Shown here: positions 58,107 to 64,000 of the stretch, one piece after another
How the letters are laid out: every line of letters begins with the position of its first letter
Position numbering within the stretch: the stretch's first letter is position 1
Source: Candidatus Cloacimonadales bacterium
GTDB lineage: Bacteria > Cloacimonadota > Cloacimonadia > Cloacimonadales > JAIOQZ01
Direction of reading: 5' to 3'
Assembly (NCBI GenBank): GCA_963674825.1
Contig: OY771587.1
Span: 2,208,001 to 2,272,000, forward strand
Length of the DNA stretch: 64,000 nt
Made by a program: the position numbers and the translations under genes
The notes under the pieces: model-generated
What the model was told of the DNA's origin: nothing
The model's input: the letters and a program-made list of their open reading frames with translations, nothing else
Databases searched by the model: none

Positions 58107-59415
58107 TATTCTTACCGATCCCAATGGACTCTTGACACTGCAAATACGTGATGACGGCGCATGGCTTACCATGCTCAACGCGAATGAGATTATCAATGAA
58201 CAGGCGATCTTGGAGCTTATCGAAGGCGCAGGAATCGTGGAAGGTTTTGAGCGTGCGCGCGACTACATGGATGTTCACTACCTGGAGCGCAACTTCGGCG
58301 AACCGTTTCCCATCGCGCTCAATCAGATGCCGGCTCAACCACAGATCGAATTTACACCGCTGTTCGACGAGAATAGATGTATCGATCCGGATCATTACAG
58401 CTTCAACGAGCTGGGAAATCTTGTTACAACAGAACCGGGCAAGCCACTGGCGCACCTCTTCGTGACGCGCTCAGGCAGTCCCGGGAAAGACATCTATGGC
58501 GACGCTATCTCGCCCTCCATGGACGATCAGGAAGCGTTGGAATCGAAGCTGGGTACGAATGTCCGATTCGATGAGGATATGAGTCAGATTATTGCGGAAT
58601 CAGCCGGATATCCATATATCGATGCTGAAGGCCGTGTCTGCGTAAAAAGCGAGTTCGTGGTGGAAGGTGATATCGACCTGAACCAGGATAATTTCAAGCT
58701 CTTTGCCAGTCTGATAGTCAATGGTAATATTCAGGACAAGATCAACATCGAACTTGCCGGAAATCTGGAAGTAAATGGCGATATTGTCGATTCTTCGATC
58801 AAGGCAGAGGGCGATATCAAGGTTTACGGAGATATCTTGAATTGCCAGGAGGCAGGCATCTTCTCGCGCGGCAATATCGAGTTCGAGAACGCGGAAAACG
58901 CGTTCTTGATGGCGGCCGGAAAGATTCGCTTTACCGAGCATGCCAATTTCTGTAAGATGATCTGCGAACGCGCGATTCAGGGCGATGCCGAGAAGAGCTC
59001 GGTTGTTGGGGGCATGGTTCAATGTGGTGGCGATGTGGAAGTTGCGGTTCTTGGCAGTACAGGTGCGATTGGAACGGAAGTTGAGATTACCATCAGTCCC
59101 TACAACAAAGAGCGGATGCTGCATCTAACCAAGAAACTGAGCGATTTACGCCGGAATGAAACAAACAACGAAGCTGAAATCGCGTTCATTGAAGCTACGC
59201 TGGAAGATCTGGAAAATCGGCTTGAAGAAGAGATCAACCGCACGCTTCTTTCCGACGAAACAAAACCCAAACATATCGTTGCATATAAAAAGGTATTTCC
59301 TGGAACATATGTCCGGATTCTGAAGAAATCCCGAACCATCACCGAAGAGTATGATAAGATATCTTTCTCGCTGATCGATGGTGATTTGGTGATGGAATCG
59401 TATCTGGTGGACTGA
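58099..59415 (+). CDS. FapA (DUF342) family protein
   Basis: G.PGKDIYG, beta-helix repeats (V.GDI, VNGNI, AEGDIKV.G), IVGG...LGS..AIGT, coiled coil, VFPGT.V.I. Confidence 0.8.
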   Translation: MTDILTDPNGLLTLQIRDDGAWLTMLNANEIINEQAILELIEGAGIVEGFERARDYMDVHYLERNFGEPFPIALNQMPAQPQIEFTPLFDENRCIDPDHYSFNELGNLVTTEPGKPLAHLFVTRSGSPGKDIYGDAISPSMDDQEALESKLGTNVRFDEDMSQIIAESAGYPYIDAEGRVCVKSEFVVEGDIDLNQDNFKLFASLIVNGNIQDKINIELAGNLEVNGDIVDSSIKAEGDIKVYGDILNCQEAGIFSRGNIEFENAENAFLMAAGKIRFTEHANFCKMICERAIQGDAEKSSVVGGMVQCGGDVEVAVLGSTGAIGTEVEITISPYNKERMLHLTKKLSDLRRNETNNEAEIAFIEATLEDLENRLEEEINRTLLSDETKPKHIVAYKKVFPGTYVRILKKSRTITEEYDKISFSLIDGDLVMESYLVD

Positions 59416-59440
59416 CAGATAGAAACAGATTGGAGAGAGC

Positions 59441-59674
59441 ATGATTTTTATTGTACTTGGAATTCTACTGGTCGTTGGATTCCTCAGTTACAAGACCTAC
59501 CGCGCGGATAAGGAACACAATGTTTTTTACTACTACACAGCTGTTGCTGTACTGATCTTTGTTCTGGGCGGTAAATTCGTGACCGGAACGAACATGACGC
59601 ATTTGATTCTGGCCGTGAGCTTCCTTGTTGCGCACATGGTGGGTGTTTTTGCCCGCACATGGGATCAGTGGTGA
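59441..59674 (+). CDS. Small hydrophobic membrane protein
   Basis: GGAG RBS; about 3 TM segments. Confidence 0.6.
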   Translation: MIFIVLGILLVVGFLSYKTYRADKEHNVFYYYTAVAVLIFVLGGKFVTGTNMTHLILAVSFLVAHMVGVFARTWDQW

Positions 59675-59735
59675 TCCCTTCTGAAATCCCGATAGAAATC
59701 GCATTACGATACTATACAATCAGAAGGAGGAATCT

Positions 59736-61259
59736 ATGGCGATTGTCCTGAACGGAACTGGTTTAACAGTTGAGAAACTTGTCCGGATCGCACGTCACAA
59801 CGAGAAGGTGGAGCTTCATCCAGACGCGGTGGGGCGCATCAACAGATGTCGCGAGATGCTCGAGAAGAAGATACGTCAGCATGAGATCATGTATGGCGTT
59901 AACACGGGTATCGGAGAATTTTCCGAGGTGGTTCTGAGCGATGAGCAGATCAAGGATTTTCAGAAATACTTGATCTATAATCACGCAGCCGGAATCGGAG
60001 ATCCTGCTCCGATCGAGTACGTGCGCGGCGCAATGACAAGTCGTGCGAACATCCTTTCCAAAGGGCATTCAGGCTGTCGTCTGCAGATCGTTGAGACGCT
60101 TATTGCGATGCTCAACGAAGGCGTAACTCCTTATGTATGCCAGAAAGGTTCTGTGGGAGCCTGCGGTGATCTTGCACCGATGTCGCAGATTGCGCTGATG
60201 ATGATGGGTGAAGGCCATGCCTATTACAAGGGCGAACTCCTTCCCGGCAAAGAAGCGCTTGATCGCGCCGGCATTCCGATCCCCGGACTGGAAGCGCGCG
60301 ACGGGCTTGCGACAATCAATGGCTCGAATCTCCTTACCGCAATGAGTGCGATCATGCTTTATGATACGGATCGCTGGCTCCGCCAGGCTGAGATCGCATG
60401 TGCGATGTCGCTGGAAGCTTTGCTGGCAAACATGAAGCCGTATCATCCGCTTCTGCATGAAATTCGTGGATTCCAGGGCGCACAGCGTGCCGCCAAGGCA
60501 ATCCGTACGGTTCTTGAAGGCGGCGACGTCTATGAAGGCAACATCAAGATGAAGGTTCAGGACGCCTACTCGATGCGTTCCGCTCCGCAGGTTATCGGCG
60601 CTGCGCACGACCAGGTGCGCTGGGCGAAATCGCAGGTGGAAATCGAGCTCAACAATGTGGGCGACAATCCAATCTTTTTCCCGGAACACAATCTTCAGCT
60701 TTCCGGCGCAAACTTCCAGGGATCACCTGTTAGCGTACCCATGGATATGGTCGGCGCGGTTGTGACGATGGTATCGGTAATGTCCGAACGCCGTATGAAC
60801 CGGCTCAATCACCCAGCGCTCAATATCGGCCTGCCGGCGTTCCTGACCAAGGGCGCGGGTATGATGTCCGGTTTAATGTTGAGCCAATATACAGCCGATA
60901 TGCAGATCGTCGAGCAGCGCATTCTCTCCATGCCTGCCTCGATCCAGTCCATTCCCGCGGCAGCAGATCAGGAAGACTTCGTATCGATGGGGATGAACAC
61001 CGCGATCAAGAACTTCCAGATCATGGACAACGCCTACGGAATCTTGGGAATCGAATTCATGGCGGCTGCACAAGCGCTTGATTTCCGTGATCTGAAGTTG
61101 GGCAAGGGAACCGGCAAAGCGAAGGAAATCATACGCAAGTACGTCGAGTTCCTCGATATCGATCGACCGCTCTATCCCGATCACACCAAGATGAAAGAGC
61201 TGGTCAAGTCATGTGAAATCCTGGAGGCGGTCGAAGAAGTCGTCGGACCGCTCGAATAA
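59736..61259 (+). CDS. hutH: Histidine ammonia-lyase-family (MIO) lyase
   Basis: YGVNTGIG, GHSG, GSVGACGDLAP, QDAYSMR..PQ, DNP, NFQG, QEDFVSMG; ftcD in the same window. Confidence 0.8.
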   Translation: MAIVLNGTGLTVEKLVRIARHNEKVELHPDAVGRINRCREMLEKKIRQHEIMYGVNTGIGEFSEVVLSDEQIKDFQKYLIYNHAAGIGDPAPIEYVRGAMTSRANILSKGHSGCRLQIVETLIAMLNEGVTPYVCQKGSVGACGDLAPMSQIALMMMGEGHAYYKGELLPGKEALDRAGIPIPGLEARDGLATINGSNLLTAMSAIMLYDTDRWLRQAEIACAMSLEALLANMKPYHPLLHEIRGFQGAQRAAKAIRTVLEGGDVYEGNIKMKVQDAYSMRSAPQVIGAAHDQVRWAKSQVEIELNNVGDNPIFFPEHNLQLSGANFQGSPVSVPMDMVGAVVTMVSVMSERRMNRLNHPALNIGLPAFLTKGAGMMSGLMLSQYTADMQIVEQRILSMPASIQSIPAAADQEDFVSMGMNTAIKNFQIMDNAYGILGIEFMAAAQALDFRDLKLGKGTGKAKEIIRKYVEFLDIDRPLYPDHTKMKELVKSCEILEAVEEVVGPLE

Positions 61260-61270
61260 ATTATTAACAC

Positions 61271-61296
61271 GCCGTCGGGGATTTCTCCCCGACGGC
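61271..61296 (+). terminator. GC-rich hairpin after hutH
   Basis: GCCGTCGGGGA-tttc-TCCCCGACGGC with a weak U-tract. Confidence 0.6.
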
Positions 61297-61311
61297 ATAC
61301 TTTGGAATAGA

Positions 61312-63546
61312 ATGATTAAACGAACGCTGTATCTCGCCATCATGATCGGCAGCTTGATCCTCTCGAGCTGCACATTTGCATATTTTAACGTATTTTACAA
61401 TGCCGAACAGTATTTCAAAGATGCACAGGCAGCCCCGCTTCGCGATAATGGAAAACCAAGCGCGAACGCGGTGCAGGATTATAATAACGCGATCAAGAAA
61501 TGCGGTATTATTCTCACCGATTACAAGGATAGCCGCTGGGCAGACGATGCTCTTTTCATGCTTGCGCAGTGCCTCTATTACAAGGGAAACAGCAACACAC
61601 AGGCGCAGGAAAAGTTCCAGGATGTTATCAATTTTTACCCTGAAAGCCCGTTTGTTGCCGATTCATGGCTCTATATCGCCAGATGTTTGTATCAGCTCAA
61701 CCGCAAGGACGAGGCAATCAAGACGCTGAAGGATTTTATTGAAAAGCCTGAATTCAGTGACAAGCATCCCGACGCACTGCTATTGATTGCCGATTTCTAT
61801 GTGCAGGAACGTCAATACTTGCTTTCCGAACGCTATCTACAGAAGCTTCTGGACGAGTACAAAGATTCCGATCAGTATTCTGAAGCCTTCTTCTTGCTTG
61901 GCAGAATGCACAAGGAACAGGGTGAATACGAACTTTCGAACCAGGTTTACATGGAGCTTCTCGATTCACGGCTGGACCGGCGTATGAAGCTCGATGCGCG
62001 TTATATGATCGCTGAAAACTACATTGATCTTCACGAATACGAGAAAGCGCTCGATATTGCAAACCGTCTGATGAAAGACGAGTATCTCAGCGAAAAAATT
62101 GCTCAAGCACAGCTCTTGCAGGCAAGGGCATTCGCCGGTATCAACCGCCATGACGAAGCTATCGACCTTTTCGAACGCATTATCAAAGACAACGCCAGAA
62201 CCACGCTCGCTGCTGCAGCGTCTTATTATATGGGGGAGATGTATTTCCGCCAGTTGCTCGATTACGACCAGGCTGTGGAAGCTTATAAGCAGGTTTCGAG
62301 GCACAATCGTAATTCCGAGTATTACGAACTGGCCAAGAAGCGCGAGGAGATAGCTAACGAGATCAAGACCTTCATGAATCCGGAACGGGAAGTGGCTATG
62401 AAGGATCGATTCGATGAGCACCTTCGCCTTGCTGAGCATTACCTTTACGTGCTCGAGCTGCCCGATTCATCGCTTGCGGTTTATAACCGACTCGAACACT
62501 TCGAAACCACCATTCAACTTAAGCTGGACACACTTGCCGTGCAGTTCGACAGCCTTTCAACACTCGATGACTCACTGGTGGCAGCGCGGATCGACTCTCT
62601 GAACCTTGTGCGAGACGCGCTAAAAGACGACTCGAACATGCTGATGAGCGAACAGCTTCCGTTCAGTAAGTTTGTCACGGTCTGGATCTATCTGAACATC
62701 AAGAATGATCCTGATGGCGCTCAGCAAGTATTGGACGACATGAAGGCGCGTTTCCCGGATAACAAATACACATACGCAGCCGAAAGGATGATCGCCGGAG
62801 ACGAGATCGAGATCACTACTTTGAGTGAGAAACAGGCCCGGGCCGAATATCAGGCGGCTATACCACTGATGGAGTCGGAACCGGAAATTACCCTCAACCG
62901 CATGCGGGAGATTATCGATCGATACGATAACGCGGTGTCTCGACAGGCGAAATTCACGACCGGATACATCTACTATTTTATTCTGGACGACTCAACTTCT
63001 GCCAGACCATGGTTTGAAGACATTCTGGAGCAGGATGACGAATATTCCGATTACGTGAGAAGCTTCTATCAGGATAGCGTGTTTGTCAGGACAGATAGGC
63101 TTCCCTACCTGATCGAACTGGAGGAGCTTGAACAGCAACGGCTTCAAGCAATGCAGGACAGTCTTCTCGCCGCCGACTCACTCGGAGTTTTGCAGGACAG
63201 CCTTCTTGTGAGTGATCCCGAGCATCAACATCCACGTGGTCCCAAGCCTGACGACAGCGATGTTGATAGCGTTCCAAGAGCGCTCATTCAGGAGATGCCG
63301 TGGTATCCGCCCGATATGAAGGAAGATGGCCCAAGCGGTGCGGTCGTTCTGAATTTACTTGTACTGCCGGATGGCTCGGTGGGTGATATCCGTGTGGAAA
63401 GTTCGCTCATGCCGAGTCCGAATGTGTTCGATGAGATCGCCATTCACGCAGCCGAGAAGTGGATTTTCACACCTGCACGTCGTAATGGCGAGGCTGTGCC
63501 GTATCGTATGACGATTCCGGTGCCATTCGAAAAGCCGAAAGAATAG
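61312..63546 (+). CDS. TPR lipoprotein with C-terminal TonB-like domain
   Basis: Lipobox LSSC then YFNVFYNA; many TPR units; YP....GPSGAVVLNLLV..DGSV...FDEIAIHAAEKWIFTPA..NG..V...MTIPVPF. Confidence 0.8.
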   Translation: MIKRTLYLAIMIGSLILSSCTFAYFNVFYNAEQYFKDAQAAPLRDNGKPSANAVQDYNNAIKKCGIILTDYKDSRWADDALFMLAQCLYYKGNSNTQAQEKFQDVINFYPESPFVADSWLYIARCLYQLNRKDEAIKTLKDFIEKPEFSDKHPDALLLIADFYVQERQYLLSERYLQKLLDEYKDSDQYSEAFFLLGRMHKEQGEYELSNQVYMELLDSRLDRRMKLDARYMIAENYIDLHEYEKALDIANRLMKDEYLSEKIAQAQLLQARAFAGINRHDEAIDLFERIIKDNARTTLAAAASYYMGEMYFRQLLDYDQAVEAYKQVSRHNRNSEYYELAKKREEIANEIKTFMNPEREVAMKDRFDEHLRLAEHYLYVLELPDSSLAVYNRLEHFETTIQLKLDTLAVQFDSLSTLDDSLVAARIDSLNLVRDALKDDSNMLMSEQLPFSKFVTVWIYLNIKNDPDGAQQVLDDMKARFPDNKYTYAAERMIAGDEIEITTLSEKQARAEYQAAIPLMESEPEITLNRMREIIDRYDNAVSRQAKFTTGYIYYFILDDSTSARPWFEDILEQDDEYSDYVRSFYQDSVFVRTDRLPYLIELEELEQQRLQAMQDSLLAADSLGVLQDSLLVSDPEHQHPRGPKPDDSDVDSVPRALIQEMPWYPPDMKEDGPSGAVVLNLLVLPDGSVGDIRVESSLMPSPNVFDEIAIHAAEKWIFTPARRNGEAVPYRMTIPVPFEKPKE

Positions 63547-63553
63547 ACCAATC

Positions 63554-64000
63554 ATGTGTAACGGTCAGCTATTCGCGCTGATTGCCTACAGTATTGTCTT
63601 TATTTTCAGCGCGATTGCAGATGCTAATGCACTTTACGTCATCGTTGCACTAAGTGCGATCCATGCTTTCACCGATCCGCGAGCAATCCTGCAGTGGATA
63701 CGGTTCGTGGCGCGGATATCAATCTTTCTGATCGTGCTGGTCGCTGTCGGAATGCTTTTTAACCAACCTTTTCCACAACAAATGCTGCTGATTCTTCGTA
63801 TTATGCTATTCCTGCTTATTTCTGCGATGCTAACCCGTTTGATCACCCTGGATGGATTGTATCGTTCGGTGTCTGGGGTAGCATCCCGCAGGATGCGCGA
63901 TTTCTTCTTTTACCTTTTCTGTACGCTCATGTTCATTCCTATCTTATTCAGCGAGTATGACAATTTGCGAAAACAAGATGGTAAACGGTCATTACAGACA
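63554..64000 (+). CDS. Membrane protein, possibly ECF transporter T component (3'-truncated)
   Basis: Open frame to the window end, translated by hand: hydrophobic helices, ILRIMLFLL...LMFIPILFSEY. Confidence 0.5.
   Translation, partial: MCNGQLFALIAYSIVFIFSAIADANALYVIVALSAIHAFTDPRAILQWIRFVARISIFLIVLVAVGMLFNQPFPQQMLLILRIMLFLLISAMLTRLITLDGLYRSVSGVASRRMRDFFFYLFCTLMFIPILFSEYDNLRKQDGKRSLQT

Overview
Bacterial chromosomal window, roughly 50% GC by eye. It is probably from a Cloacimonadota/FCB-type anaerobe. That assignment is inferred from three large secreted proteins ending in 'N(Y/F/H)PNPFNP...KM(I/L)LL(K/R)' sorting domains and from histidine-catabolism genes. Recognisable housekeeping genes are gpmA (partial), psd, uvrA, rpmE, prfA, guaD, ftcD, purA, hemW, lepB, pgeF and a hutH-like lyase. 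The window also holds two ECF sigma modules, secreted C10 and C25 proteases, and REP-like repeats. No rRNA, tRNA, CRISPR array, transposase or prophage was recognised. The main candidates for undescribed biology are as follows. (1) A phage-CI-like XRE+S24 repressor lies between a DinG-type helicase and uvrA. Its promoter and the uvrA promoter share a palindromic GTTnC-N6-GnAAY box, a candidate non-canonical LexA/SOS regulon. (2) An AT-rich inserted operon encodes a STAS-HATPase kinase (split by a 1-nt homopolymer frameshift), a STAS protein and a PIN RNase, a candidate phospho-switched toxin/defence module. (3) An 8.5-kb, five-gene membrane operon of unknown function is bracketed by two paralogous ~1000-aa proteins. 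(4) A C39-like peptidase sits with two paralogous small exported putative substrates. All family assignments come from motif recognition by eye; no database searches were run.
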